Origin: Octopus vulgaris
Lineage: Eukaryota
DNA length: 64,000 nucleotides
Assembly (NCBI GenBank): GCA_951406725.2
Contig: OX597827.1
Location: 42,780,001-42,844,000 of the forward strand
Direction: 5' to 3'
How positions within the stretch are numbered: the first letter of the stretch is position 1; each line of letters starts with the position of its first letter. The notes beneath the pieces were generated by a model. That model saw only the letters and a list, made by a program, of their open reading frames with translations, was not told the DNA's origin and did no database searches. Positions 1 to 13,190 of the stretch are shown here, in pieces. The position numbers and the translations under genes were made by a program.

Positions 1-63
1 CCATTTATGTTTATTCATTAATCGATTTTACATATATCATATGTGAAGGTGTGTGTGTGTGTG

Positions 64-99
<36 letters not shown>

Positions 100-1134
100 T
101 GTATGTGTATGTGTCTGTGTGTGTGAAAGTTGAGAGGGAGAGAGCGTGCGCCATGTCTGCATAGAGAGTGATGCTTACAAGGAACATGTCTGCCTTGTTT
201 TTGCTACTATCCTGTCCAGCGCGTGAATGCTTGCATATTTAGTGCACCCATTAATATACATGTGTATGTGTGTGTTTGTGTATACACGTAGTACACTTAT
301 GGCTTAGTGGTTAAAAAGTTAGCTTCGAAACCATGAGGTCTAGGATTTCGATGCCGCAAAATGATATGTTGGCCAATTACTTTTTATAGTAGCCAAAATT
401 CAGTGAATATAAGAAAGCGGAAACTACGGGGAAGCCTGTCTGATGGACTCTGCCGTCGCTTCGTTGAATGAGAGTTCAGTAAGACTCAGAAAATTGTGGA
501 AAATGACCACTACCCTATGGCCGTAGTGTGCAGAGTCAAAACTGAAGAGTCCCTCTTTCTCTTCCACGTCGCTTCTTTGCTTGCTGGGAAAGTCGTATTG
601 GACTTCTAAAGAAAGTGTGATGGCGTTGGTGTTTTGGTTTACTGATCAACCTATACCATAAATATTATTACAGTTGCGTGGTTTGTACTGAGCTAGTCCT
701 ACTTTCTGATTGTTCAAATTTGTATTGGTGCAACAAGTACCGCGAAAACAATAGCTTTCGGGATGCAGGATATCGAATGGAGTTACTCTCTCCTTAAATG
801 CGCAGCTAAAGTGCTGGAGGCTCTCATCTGTCCGTAGTAGAAAACTTGGCTGGTGCAAATACACGGGGTCAGAATAACATCTCCTAGAATCCCTCGAATT
901 TTCGGACCGGAGCCGCACTACTGGATGTCATTGAAGTCATACCAATAGATTGTACTTGCAATTCAAATGTACAAAGTTGTCACAGTGTGTCACAAAGACT
1001 CTCTCTCAGAATTATGCTATGGGTAGACTTAGCTGCCGAACACTCAGCCATTTCGCACGCTCCCCCGATGACTGGGTCGTCCAGTTCATTGAACACATGG
1101 GCTTTCATACGCCTAAACCGGCGGAAGAATCCAT

Positions 1135-1204
<70 letters not shown>

Positions 1205-1208
1205 GCAC

Positions 1209-2214
1209 GGGATTTTGTCAGTGAACAGGTTGCGGTCTCAAAGCGACGAAAATATTTCGACAAATTAAATTTAAATGTTGAAGTGAATCTAACGGTTTTG
1301 TGTGTTTCTTAAATGGCTTATAAACACCTTCCACGCTGCAATTGTTTTCGTTCCTGCGCACGATTTCAGATCAGGTCGCTTGCTATGCAAGTACATCTCC
1401 GTAATGAATATATATATATCGAATCATTAGTAATATATTTAAAAGAAAAGGTGTTTCTCTGTATGTCCTGTTACGTATGCGCAGTGATACACATTAACCG
1501 GTTATAGTGTTTTCCAGACCGAAGTACATGTTTATGCGCATGCGCGAAGACAAAAATTATCGTCAACGCTATTTGAAATATTTACTTCGCTGTTCAATCT
1601 TACGATCTCTTCATACAATTTGATTTGCTTTTGTGATAAAAGACATCTAAAAATATTTATTTCATACTGTTTACTCTCCGTTTCTTTAATACTATTTTCT
1701 TTTTATCGTTCCTCCGTAGAAAGAATTGTTTTTATTAAAGCTTATGTTTAGTTGTGTGTTAATTTTTCAGTGAATACATCTTATTAATTCATCATTGTTT
1801 TTTGTTTTTTTAATATTAGATGCACATTCTGTTAATAACTGCTTTGTAATATTTCATTTTCTAGGTCCGTGCTTTAAATGCGTTTTTTTATTATTATTTT
1901 AGACTGATGTATTACCTCCATATATTCGATCAACGTGCTAGAAAAACCAGCCAAATTACCTACTCCTCACACTTTTTGTAGTACTTAAGGACCTCGAATG
2001 AATGTTTAACTACTGGGAGTGAGGTGTTTTCTTGCTATCCGCATTACAAAAAATTTATCTTAGCTGAAATTAAGGCACCCTATCTCGTACTGACGTAATT
2101 TTTCGATAAATATAAGACAACGGGTTTTTTTTACATTGAAGTTGATCTGATATGTATTTCATCCGTGATATCCTGGATTGTTATTTTTCACAAGGGTTTT
2201 TGTGTATGTGTGTG

Positions 2215-2296
<82 letters not shown>

Positions 2297-2790
2297 ATCT
2301 AAACATGAAAACACAAAAACGCGAAGATGTGGAACAAGTATAGTGTTATTGGACGCTCAGGAAAAGAAAGAAAGAAGGAGGATTTAACGTTTCGAGCGGA
2401 GCTCTTCGTCAAAAAGTAGAAAAAGGAAAGATCCAAGGAAGGGATGACGGAGGAAAAAAATTTGACAACGATACACACGCGGTCAGCAATTGCAACTTCG
2501 AAGATATTTGTTAGCCATTCAAGGAAAACAAAAAAGAAAAAAACAAACCGTTAGATTCACTTCAACATTTAAATTTAATGTTTTGTCAGTGAACAGGTTG
2601 CGATTTCAGAGTGACGAAAATATTTTGACACAAATTAAATATAAATATTGAAGTGAAGCTAACGGGTTTTTTTTTTTTTTTGTGTGTGTGTGTTTTTTTT
2701 AATGATTTACAATCATCTCCCACGCTGCAATTGTTTTTGTTTCAGCACACGATATCATATCAAGTCACTTGCTATGCAATTACATCGTTA
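1209..2790. repeat. Two diverged ~190-bp direct copies (about 1209-1400 and 2582-2790) plus a partial inverted copy (about 2540-2578)
   Basis: The string TTTTGTCAGTGAACAGGTTGCG...GAAGTGAA.CTAACGG...CCACGCTGCAATTG...TGCTATGCAA occurs twice. CCGTTAGATTCACTTCAACATTTAAATTTAA is the reverse complement of part of it. Confidence 0.75.
2382..2414 (-). ncRNA. Degenerate minimal hammerhead-ribozyme-like motif
   Basis: Minus strand reads UUU-uUGACGA-A-GAGC UCC GCUC-GAAA-CG-UU-AAAU. The first core C is mutated. A related copy lies at 59899-59933. Confidence 0.55.
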
Positions 2791-2816
2791 TTTAATTTTC
2801 ATTTGTGTCAGAATTT

Positions 2817-3965
2817 TCGTTGCTCGACCGGTATCACAGACGAACTTTATCCAGGACAGACACCAGCTGACAGACCAGATTTAACTAACAGAGTATTTAA
2901 TATGAAACTTAGGGATCTCTTGCATGATGTTTCAAAGAAGAATGTTTTGGGAGAGGATTAAGGGTACATGTAGACTATAGAGTTTCAAAAGCGTCGACTA
3001 CCCCATTGTCATATGTTGTTCATATTAAAAAAAGATCCTGAACATTCTGATAAATTTGTTTATGCAGAACTTCCAAATCCACAAACACAACTAATTCTGT
3101 TTCAACATGTCACCAAGAGCATGCTACATGGTCTATGTAGAAGAGATAAAACCAATGTAACAGGTATGGTTGATAGGAAATATAAAAAAAACTTTTCCCT
3201 AAAGACTTTCAAGAAAATTCATCACAGAGTTATAATGGCTATCCACTTTACCGACGTCGAAATTATGGTTTTACATTTACAAAGTCTAATGTTGAATTAG
3301 ATAATCGTTCAGTAGTGCCATATTATCCCTTTCTTTTTATTCAAATATGGCGGTCATTGTAATGTAGAGATATGTGCATCTGTAAAATCAGTTAAATATA
3401 TTAGCAAATATATTCATAAAGTTCATGGTCGGATGACAGTCAATATTGGTGGACAAACCAATGCACGACAAACACACAACGATGAAATTGAAAATTATAT
3501 CAATGGCCGCAATGTATCCTCATGAGAGGCAGTCTGGAGGATTTTAGGGTTCAAATTACATGGTTCATATCCTGCAGTTTATTTACCCCAATAGCAATAC
3601 ATTTACTTTAATGATGATGATGATATTGAACATGTTATTCACACACATGACTGGTCTACTCTCACTGAATGGATGTGAGTTAACCGGGAATCACCAGCGA
3701 ACTCAATTGCACGTAAATTACACTCTACTGATTTCCTTGAATTTTACGTATGGAATAATAGTGAGAAAATGTGTAATCTCAGAAAAAATAACACACACTC
3801 AATTGATGGTACCTACTTTCTTTCACTAAAGGAACAAGAGCAATTCTATCTGAGAGCTTTACTATATCATATCTATGGAGCTACATCGTTTGAAGATATG
3901 AGGACTATTAATGGTGTAGTTTGCCATAGTTACAAAGAGGCTGCAATGAACCGTGAATACTATTG
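2817..3965 (+). mobile_element. Decayed Helitron Rep/helicase fragment (Rep domain)
   Basis: Frameshifted and stop-interrupted translation gives PGQTPADRPDLTNRVFNMKL, EFQKRRLPHCHML (HUH-type motif), VKYISKYIHK (tyrosine motif) and FYLRALLYHIYGATSFEDMRTINGVV, all typical of Helitron Rep. Confidence 0.9.
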
Positions 3966-4138
3966 GACTATGAAGTTTGCAAATATTTCAGCTATTCGTA
4001 TCAGATGCGAGGACCTTTCTGCTCCATTATTAATTATGCATTCTATATGTATACTTATGTATATATATATTACACAAATATATGATACAATGTAAAATAC
4101 GCTATCTTAAAGATAGCGTGTTCGCACTAGTATATATA

Positions 4139-4239
<101 letters not shown>

Positions 4240-4328
4240 CTTTAGCAGTAGTAGTAGTACTGATGATTGTAGTGGTGATAATGGTTTGGTATTTAAAAAT
4301 ATTATCTATACTTATATATTTATATCTC

Positions 4329-4395
<67 letters not shown>

Positions 4396-4715
4396 TGTGT
4401 CTGTGTCTGTGTGTGTGTGTGTGTATGTGCGTATATACATAAGCATATTAGAGCTAAAGACAGAGAGAGAGAGAGAGAAGAGAGAGACATGTGAAGGTTT
4501 CCGTGTGCTTGTGTGCCAGTACGCGCGCGCGTACGTATGCGTGTAAGCTTGTGTTTACATTTTAACTGGTTGTCTCTTCTTATGTCACTGAAGATAATTA
4601 TAGTATTTTTTTTTTGGCCTACTAAAAATGCTAGTGTGCATTCACACACATACACACACAAACACGCACGCATACACACTCATGCGTGTGTGCCACCTCG
4701 TGTATGCATTTATGC

Positions 4716-4755
<40 letters not shown>

Positions 4756-4841
4756 TCGCATACATAAATGTACATTAATGCTTGTGTATGCCTAATACAT
4801 CATAGGAAGAGAAGAGGGGGTGTTGGTGAAGGAGTGTGACA

Positions 4842-4914
<73 letters not shown>

Positions 4915-5622
4915 CGACAGAGAAAGAGAAAAGCAGTCTGAATAAGTGAGTAAAAGTAGATCGGGTGGCGGCGTTGGTGATGGTGACGATGGTGGTGTCA
5001 GCGGGTGTTGGTGGTGGGGCAGGTGCTGGTGGTGGTGGTGGTGGTGGTAGTGGTGGTGGTGGTGGTGGTGGTGTTGGTATTGTTAGCTGTTGTGGTAGTG
5101 TCGGTAGTTATGATAGGGGTGCTGTTCGTATTGGTGGTGGCAATGGTGGCGAAAACGGTGCCAGTTGTTATGGTGGTGGATGTAGTAGTATTCGTGGTGA
5201 TGGCGGCGGCGGTGACGGTGGTGGTGGCATTGGGGGCATGGTGGTGGTGGTCGTCGTCGTTATGGGCATGCTGGTGGAGTTGTTGGTGGTGGTGGTGCTG
5301 CTGGTGACGGTGGTGGTCATATTTGTGAGGTAAGTAGTGGTGGTGGTAGTAGTGGATGCTGGCAGTATAGAAGGGTGGTCATTTTGCTGGTGTTAGTGCT
5401 GGTGATGGTTGCATTTGGGTATCAGTACGGGTGATTTTGACAGGAGTTATGGTGGAGGTTGTGGTGGTCCTTATCGTAGTAGTAGTAGTAGTAGTACTGG
5501 TGATTGTAGTGTTAGTAGTGGTAGTGGTGATGATGGTTTGGTATTTAAAAAAGATATTGGCGAGCGCGTTCCTGGCTGCTGTGGTCGAGACGACAGTCGA
5601 AGCAGCAGCGGCGGCGGTTGTG

Positions 5623-5664
<42 letters not shown>

Positions 5665-5815
5665 TGTGTGGTAGTGGTGGGAATGGCGGCAAAATGTGTT
5701 TATTGGTTTGGCATTTATAAGACTAGTGAGTCTAAGGGTAGATAGAAATGATGTTAGCAATGACGTCGCCCCCCACCTTCCCCACCACCACTACCACCAC
5801 CACCTACTACTACTA

Positions 5816-5855
<40 letters not shown>

Positions 5856-5865
5856 CACCTCCACC

Positions 5866-5902
<37 letters not shown>

Positions 5903-5910
5903 TTACTACC

Positions 5911-5989
<79 letters not shown>

Positions 5990-6859
5990 GTCTCAGTGGT
6001 AGCGTAGCAAGAAAGTTTGAGCAATTAGTTTTGGTTTGGGTAACGTTGTTGTTGTTGCTGTTGTTGTTTAGGTCACAGGTCTGTCCTGGTCGAATAGGCA
6101 TGGGATGAAAGTCATTCCGGCCGTGACCATTCCATTTTTTTTTTAGGGATAATGTCGAAAGTATATAGGGACGACTAGGTGATTTTTAAGGGCGGGGTGG
6201 CTGTCGTGAAAAAATTGCAAATGTACGGATTACGCTATTTTACTATGACTGCACACTACATACATACATACATACATACATACATACATACATACATACA
6301 TACATGCATGCATGCATGCATGCATGCATACATACATACATACATGCATGCATGCATACATACATACGTACATACATACATACATACATATACGCACACA
6401 CGTACACACACACAAACATACGTACGTACTAGGATCTTTTCTACCTCAAGCACAGATTTTTTAATTAATTTTTTTAACTAAACACTTTGAAACTTCGGAT
6501 ATTGGTAGAATGTGTCACATAAAACAGGGTTTACTCTTAACATTTTTGATAAAATTTTGAATTTTAGAAGTTATTTCGTATTAAAGTTGTCGTATTTGGG
6601 TAATTTTAACCAATCAATGACGTGTATTCAACTGAAGAACGTTACTACTGCTTGAGACGGAAAAGATTCCGTACATGCATAAATACATACATACATACAT
6701 ACATACATACATACATACATGCATGCATACATACATACATACATACATACATACATACATACATACATACATACATACATACGTACATACATAAATACAT
6801 ACATACATACATACATACATACATACATACATACATACATACATACATACATACATACA

Positions 6860-7030
6860 AAACCGTAATTATTGGGGCCTTGGGATATGTAACACACTGC
6901 CTAAATACTAATCTTAAGAAATAAGCCTTCTCAATGCCAGAAAAGAGAAAGCTAATTCGAAGACTACAGACCCAATCCATCACTGGAACTGTAAAAATCA
7001 GTAAATCTTTCCAGAAGTTTATCATTTAAA
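6860..7030 (+). mobile_element. C-terminal fragment of an RLE-type LINE
   Basis: Translates as KTVIIGALGYVTHCLNTNLKK*...LQTQSITGTVKI. The IIGALG motif resembles the RLE C-termini at 34.7 kb and 57.9 kb. Downstream sequence recurs inverted near 52250-52315. Confidence 0.55.
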
Positions 7031-7429
7031 TATATATATATATATATATATATATAAGCATGTCTAGATATGCAACTATATGCATGAGAGTGCATACATA
7101 AAACATACAAATCTGCACATGCATATGTACATACAAACGAAAATACCCTGTTGTTGATGCTGCAATTCCAGTGAAGGAGCCTTGGATCTACGTTAGAAAC
7201 TGGTTCTTTCTCCAGTGGTAAAAAAATCTTGAAATAAACTGAATAATGACATACATATATACATACATACAAACAAACAAAACCACCCTGTTGCTGATGT
7301 TGACATTCTAACGAAGGAAACTTGGATCTAGGTTAGAAACCGGCTCTTTCTCTATTGGCAAGAAATAAAACTGATCAGTGACACATACATACATATAGTG
7401 TGTGTGTATGTGTGCATGTGCGTAGGTAC

Positions 7430-7665
7430 ATACCTATTTCTTTACTACTCACAAGGGGCTAAACACAGACGGGACAAACAAGGACAGACAAACGGATTAA
7501 GTCGATTATATCGACCCCTGTGCGTGACTGGTACTTATTTAATCGACCCCGAAAGGATGAAAGGCAAAGTCGACCTCGGCGGAATTTGAACTCAGAACGT
7601 AACGGCAGACGAAATACGGCTACGCATTTCGCCCGGCGTGCTAACGTTTCTGCCAGCTCGCCGCC
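7430..7665 (-). mobile_element. tRNA-derived SINE with Meta-type core; further copies at about 15590-15952(-), 39146-39362(+), 48720-48960(+), 52405-52690(-), 57560-57728(-), 60760-60887(-), 61715-61944(-)
   Basis: GGCGAGCTGGCAGAA...GAGTTCAAATTCCGCCGAGGTCGACTTTGCCTTTCATCCTTTCGGGGTCGAT...AAGTACCAG recurs many times, with an A/B-box-like head. Confidence 0.85.
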
Positions 7666-7697
7666 TTTATATATGTATATACCGTACATAAATGTGC

Positions 7698-7731
<34 letters not shown>

Positions 7732-8142
7732 TCCATTTTGCTTATAACCTTCAAATTGACATTATAAACACCGTCCACGTGCGTCGGTTATCTGAAGCTT
7801 GGACAATTTTCCTCTACAATAGTATCGAGCCCACCAAAACCTTGTCAGTGGATTTGGTAGACGGAAACTAAAGGAAGCTCATCATATGTGTGTGTATGTG
7901 TGTATGTGGGTGTGGGTGTCTGTCTTTATGTCTGTGTTCGTCCCCCACCACCGCTTGACAACCAGTGTGTTTATGTCCCCGTAAGCTAAGCGGCTCGGCA
8001 AAATAGACCGATAGAATAAAATTAATTACTGGGGCCGATTCATTCGACAAAAAAAAATTTTAATTCTTCAAGACAGTACCCCAGCATGGCCAAAATCTGA
8101 TGACTGAAACAAGCAAAAGAATAAAAGAATATATATACATGG

Positions 8143-8341
8143 GCCATTCGGTGTTGCTACATGATTTTACTTCACGAATGCTTTTTAGCAATTGCCATTT
8201 GGTGCACGAGAGAGTTTGATGCAGCTGCTCTCATCTGCAGGAGGTGCAGATGAGAGCAGCTGCATCAAACTCTCTCGTGCACCAAATGGCAATTGCTAAA
8301 AAGCATTCGTGAAGTAAAATCATGTAGCAACACCGAATGGC
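8143..8341. repeat. Perfect 97-bp inverted repeat with 5-nt loop (GGAGG)
   Basis: 8143-8239 is the exact reverse complement of 8245-8341. Confidence 0.95.
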
Positions 8342-8406
8342 GGTGCCCCAGCATGGCCACAGCTCGTGTACAGAAACTAGATAAAAATAAATAAATATAT
8401 CTATAC

Positions 8407-8505
<99 letters not shown>

Positions 8506-8865
8506 CGTGTGTGTGTGTGTGTGTGTGTGCGTGTGTGTATGTATGTATATATATATATATGTATGGACAGACAGTCGCAGTCATACACAGACAGACAGTC
8601 ACGTTAATTTTCTGGTAACAATGCTTCTAAATTCTTGACGGATTAACCGTTTTGCGAGTCCATCGGTGGTCACACAATAAATTCACCAATACGTCTCACA
8701 GATATATCTAAAACTTCTGTTGTAGAATCTTCTCGGTTTCATTTTGTTGGGTGATGTTAAAGCTTCACCTTTATTTACTTGTATATTTTTGATGTTGTTA
8801 TGCGGAGCAGGCTTGATAGACGCCGCTGGGAATATTTATAGAGAGTATACTCTGTGAATACATAC

Positions 8866-9274
8866 TCTTTTACTCTCTTTTACTTGTTTCAGTCATTTGA
8901 CTGCGGCCATGCTGGAGCACCGCTTTTAATCGAGCAACTCGACCCCGGGACTTATTCTTTGTAAGCCCAGTACTTATTCTATCGGTCTCTTTTGCCGAAC
9001 CGCTAAGTGACGGGGACGTAAACACACCAGCATCAGTTGTCAAGCAATGCTAGGGGGACAAACACAGACACACAAACACATACACACACACATATATATA
9101 TATACATATATACGACAGGCCTCTTTCAGTTTCCGTCTCCCAAATCCACTCACAAGGCATTGGTCGGCCCGGGGCTATAGCAGAAGACACTTGCCCAAGA
9201 TGCCACGCAGTGGGACTGAACCCGGGACCATGTGGTTGGTTAGCAAGCTACTTACCACACAGCCACTCCTGCGC
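8866..9274 (-). mobile_element. Full-length octopus OR-like tRNA SINE with internal (TA)n(TG)n; further copies at about 12175-12489(+), 21260-21615(+), 30685-31105(-), 41490-41939(-), 43190-43590(-), 44112-44540(+), plus partials at 7830-8128, 17216-17400, 17738-17895, 37958-38070, 59090-59290, 59465-59650, 60183-60343
   Basis: Head GGCGCAGGAGTGGCTGTGTGGTAAG...GGTTCAGTCCC, body CTTGGGCAAGTGTCTTC, and tail GCTCCAGCATGGCCGCAGTCAAATGACTGAAACAAG(TAAAAGAG)n are repeated at high identity. The family name is from recollection, not a search. Confidence 0.85.
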
Positions 9275-9329
9275 CTAGAGGTTCGTTGTGAATTCATCCC
9301 AAGGTTGTTGCATTGTAGGCTGGCGAAAA

Positions 9330-10190
9330 GGCTCATGCAGAAGTTACACGATAGATTCGATTTTAGGTCCCGTTCTCAGCTCATCTACGGACACCTGTGT
9401 GACGTATTTTCTTGAAGTTTTAATAGATGCATGTAGTGGCTTCTATGTAGGTCTATGTGGAAGATACCACGGCGGTGCATGAAGGAGTAGTCTTGTAGAT
9501 TCATATAGAAGCTGACTCGTAGAATCTTGAAGAAGATTCCTTCTAGATCAGGGGTACTAAACCGGGGTCTGTATTACCCTTGGAAGGCCACATAATATTT
9601 TGTTGCTAAATTTAACTCAGGTAAATTGGTCATAATTCTACAATGCACAAAATTTTTTTAATCCAATTCCTAATAATATTCGATTATCAAAATATAATTG
9701 TTTAAACATCGAATGGCTTTGAGAGATCAACGGAGCTAGAAAGGGAAAAGGGGGGACTCCATAGGTAAAAAAAAAAGTGGTTTAGAACCGCTGTTCTAGA
9801 TTGATGTGGAAACTCTTTTGTAGAATCACAAAGAAACTGCCTCGAAGACTCTTAGAGAAGCTTCCTTGTGGACTCATGTAGATGCCACCCCCCACCCCCG
9901 TAGGAAATCATGTAGAAGCTTCTTTGTAAACACATGTAGATGTTTCTTTTAGGCTCATGTAGAATCTGTCTTGTAGATACATGTTTTAAAGATTCATATT
10001 GAAGCTATCGATCAAATTCATGTAGAATTTCTCTTTGTTGGATCACGAAGAAGCTGCCTTGCAAACTCATTTAGTATTTGCCCTGGGTTCTTTATATAGA
10101 GACTGCATCGTAGACTCAAGTGAAACTCCCTTACAAGCTCAAATGCAGATTCCCCTTTAGGCTCAAGTAGAAACTTCCGTTTAGATATAA
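9330..10190. repeat. Degenerate ~23-24-bp minisatellite (consensus approx. TAGACTCATGTAGAAGCTTCCTTG)
   Basis: CATG(TAG) recurs at 9909, 9933, 9956 and 9980. Similar units occur on both sides of the MITE at 9549-9793. Confidence 0.7.
9549..9793. mobile_element. hAT (Charlie-like) MITE
   Basis: Termini CAGGGGTACTAAACC ... GGTTTAGAACCGCTG, with an exact 8-bp target-site duplication TTCTAGAT (9541-9548 and 9794-9801). Confidence 0.85.
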
Positions 10191-10842
10191 GCAGCGGCTA
10201 CACTGTTGTCACAAGTGGTGATGCTGAAGATGTTGGTTTTGACAATGGTAGTCCTACTGAAACTGATCTTCGTATTGTTTTGGTTGTTGCTTAGCTCTAG
10301 GTCAAGCCTGACTGAGCAGACCTATGATTAAACGTATTCCTTCCATGACCATGCTGTCTATTTTGGAGTATGCGAGTATGCATCACCATTTTGCCCATAA
10401 GCTTCTTTTTTTTTTCTTCTTCATGGTCCAGTGACTACGATATAGAAGGGTCCCAGATTGGCTCCTATATATCGGCATCTAATCCAAAGGTGGGTGTGCC
10501 TTTTACGCTCCATTGCTTCTAACGTTACGGAAAACAGGATAAGCTAAGGCCTGAGGCTGCAAGCTCGAAAGAGTCAGTAGCTTGCTTCTTTTTTTTTATA
10601 TTTAAAGTTATATATAGTAGTTTTTGTTGTTGCTGTTATCGCCATGGTCGTTGTTGTTGCTATTATAGAAATGCATGGCTTTTCTATAACAGCTGCTTCG
10701 AGCGAGCACTTTTGTATGTGTGTATGTTTGTATGTGTATGTGTATGTACGTATGTATGTATGTATGTATGTATGTATCTGTGTGTGCGCGTGTGTATGCA
10801 TGCATGTATGTATGTATGTATGTATGTATGTATGTATGTATG

Positions 10843-10918
<76 letters not shown>

Positions 10919-11038
10919 GGGAAGGCCGGTTTATAGGATTACCCTGGGTTTCCCGCCCGGCCTTTACCAGAACAAAATATATATACCGCTCTATATCTTA
11001 AATGTGATTCTTCTCTGGATTTCTGTTTTCTACAAACG

Positions 11039-11168
<130 letters not shown>

Positions 11169-11274
11169 CGCTAATGGTATCAATAAGACCCAAAGGTTTC
11201 AGGTAATGCTGAGTATGTACTATGGATAGACCATAGTTAAGCTCCAGGTTCGGTGATTATCTGAATAAGGAGTC

Positions 11275-11648
11275 CAACGTATGTCATACCTACACTCGCG
11301 AACCTACACTCGCCTCCTTATGAGACCTCAAAATCTCTCGTGGAAGCGCCATCCAACCAAAATGCAAATATATGGGAAATTACCACCTGTGTCATCTCTT
11401 GTGAAAGGTAGGAGAGTCCAGTTTGCTGGACATTGTTGTAGAGCTGAAAAAGAAGTAATTTCTACTCTTCTCCTCTGGAAGCCATCTACTCGCAATACCA
11501 GAGGCGCACACTCTCCTACCCTGATGTAATCTCCAGGGATACAGGCATCCAGCAACAGGACCTCCGTAATGCTATGATGGACTGTGAAGTCTGGCGTAGC
11601 ATGGTAAATTCCATTGTCTCGACCACGGTCGAACAATGATGATGATGA
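11275..11648 (+). mobile_element. RTE-like LINE 3' end
   Basis: Translates as YTRLLMRPQNLSWKRHPTKMQIYGKLPPVSSLVKGRRVQFAGHCCR..., followed by a (GAT)n tail. Confidence 0.75.
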
Positions 11649-11680
11649 ATGTATGTCATATATCAGTATGTGTATATATA

Positions 11681-12160
11681 AAAAATTATTTTTCAGAATG
11701 AAATAAATAACCAAGGCTGTGAAGATTTTAGAACATTTATAAATAGACGGTCTCATAGCTGTTTCCAGGATATTTCATATATTCCTTCATCAGAGACGGT
11801 ATGAGAAAATGGTTAAGCAATAGTTAATTTCGATAAGATATGAAATAAGGAGTGAAGTGGAGGAATGAAAACAAATGTGTGATATGCAGGGATATTGATT
11901 TTGTAGATCCATTATTTAGGCAGAATGGTATACATATAAGATTCCAAATGCAATATCCCTGCATATCTCACATATATTTTCATTCCTCCACTTCACTCTC
12001 TATTTCTTATCTAAATTAACTATTGCTTAACCATTTTCTCACACCGTCTCCGATGAAGAGATATAATAAATATCCTGGAAGCAGCTGTAAGACCATTTAT
12101 AAATGTTTTAAAATCTTCACAGCCTTGGGGTTTTTTTTATCGCATTCTGAAAATAAATTT
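11681..12160. repeat. ~210-bp imperfect inverted repeat, each arm carrying a hammerhead-like motif (11750-11797 minus; 12046-12093 plus)
   Basis: Arms are about 11681-11896 and 11952-12160. Consensus of the two motifs is GUCU CUGAUGA AGG..AUAU..AUAUCCU G GAAA CAGCUG UA AGAC. Confidence 0.75.
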
Positions 12161-12485
12161 ATATGTATATATATGGCGCAGGAGTGGCTGTGTGGTAAGT
12201 AGCTTGCTAACCAACCACATGGTTCCGGGTTCAGTCCCACTGCGTGGCATCTTGGGCAAGTGTCTTCTATATATACCAATGCCTTGTGAGTGGATTTGGT
12301 AGACGGAAACTGAAAAAGCCTATATATGTATATATATATAAGTGTGTGTGTATATGTTTGTGTGTCTGTGTTTGTCCCCTAGCATTGCTTGACAACTGAT
12401 GCTGGTGTGTTTATCCCCGTCACAGCGGTTCGGCAAAACAGACCGATAGAATAAGTACTGGGCTTACAAAGAATAAGTCCCGGGG

Positions 12486-12522
<37 letters not shown>

Positions 12523-13190
12523 GTAAAAGAGTATATATCTTCTCCTCTGCCTGTTTGTTCCCACATGACTACAAGCCATTTTTTTCTCGTCTGTCTTTTC
12601 TGGACGCGACGCGTATTTAACTGGACGTCATTCTTTTCGCTTCTGCTATTTTCTTCTCACGTATTTATTCTATATCCTTTCAAAAATTCTCCCTGGGGTT
12701 ACCCATTACAATACGTTCTGGCCTAACAGACCTTAATGTTTGTCTTCGTCGACTGTTTATTCCGTACGTCCATTCCGTCGTTGTTTGTTTGTTTGTTTGT
12801 TCGACGCTCAATCTGTCTACAAATTTTATACTTAAAAAATTTCTGGATGCTGCTGTTTTATGAAGGTTTCCTATCTTGTCATTGAAGCTCGAAACAGGGA
12901 GTAATATCAAAGTCGACAACTGAGGAGGAGTTAGACTTCTTTTGGTATTTTATCCCGTACTTGTCTCTCATTATGTGTTTACGTATTTTTTTCACTCGTT
13001 GGTGATGTCCTGGTCTTATTGTATTTTTTCTAGTAATTCGTCCTGAACTTACCGCTCGTGTCTCTACCTAATTTTCACTCATTGGAGATGCTCTGTACTT
13101 GATGTATTTTATATATATATATGTAGGTCCCGGGTTGAGTCGGGGTTAACCACAGTAAATAAGGTACTCAATACATGGCAGAGTAAATTA

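Noticed and set aside
550-1130. Non-repetitive, moderately GC-rich stretch with short ORFs
   Set aside because: No recognisable motif in any frame. It may be a decayed transposon, but that cannot be supported from sequence alone.
4965-5720. Glycine-rich ORFs resembling structural or cuticle proteins (also 16003-16386)
   Set aside because: Derived from degenerate (GGT)n. All frames are open and there is no supported splice or start context.
5719-5729. AAGACTAGTGA resembles part of miR-7
   Set aside because: Flanks do not match the mature sequence and there is no precursor hairpin.
6300-6360. Clusters of TGCATG (Rbfox motif) in (TACA)n tracts, also at about 20400 and 56340-56480
   Set aside because: They arise by single transitions in TACA/TGTA repeats and are strand-symmetric, so there is no evidence of function.
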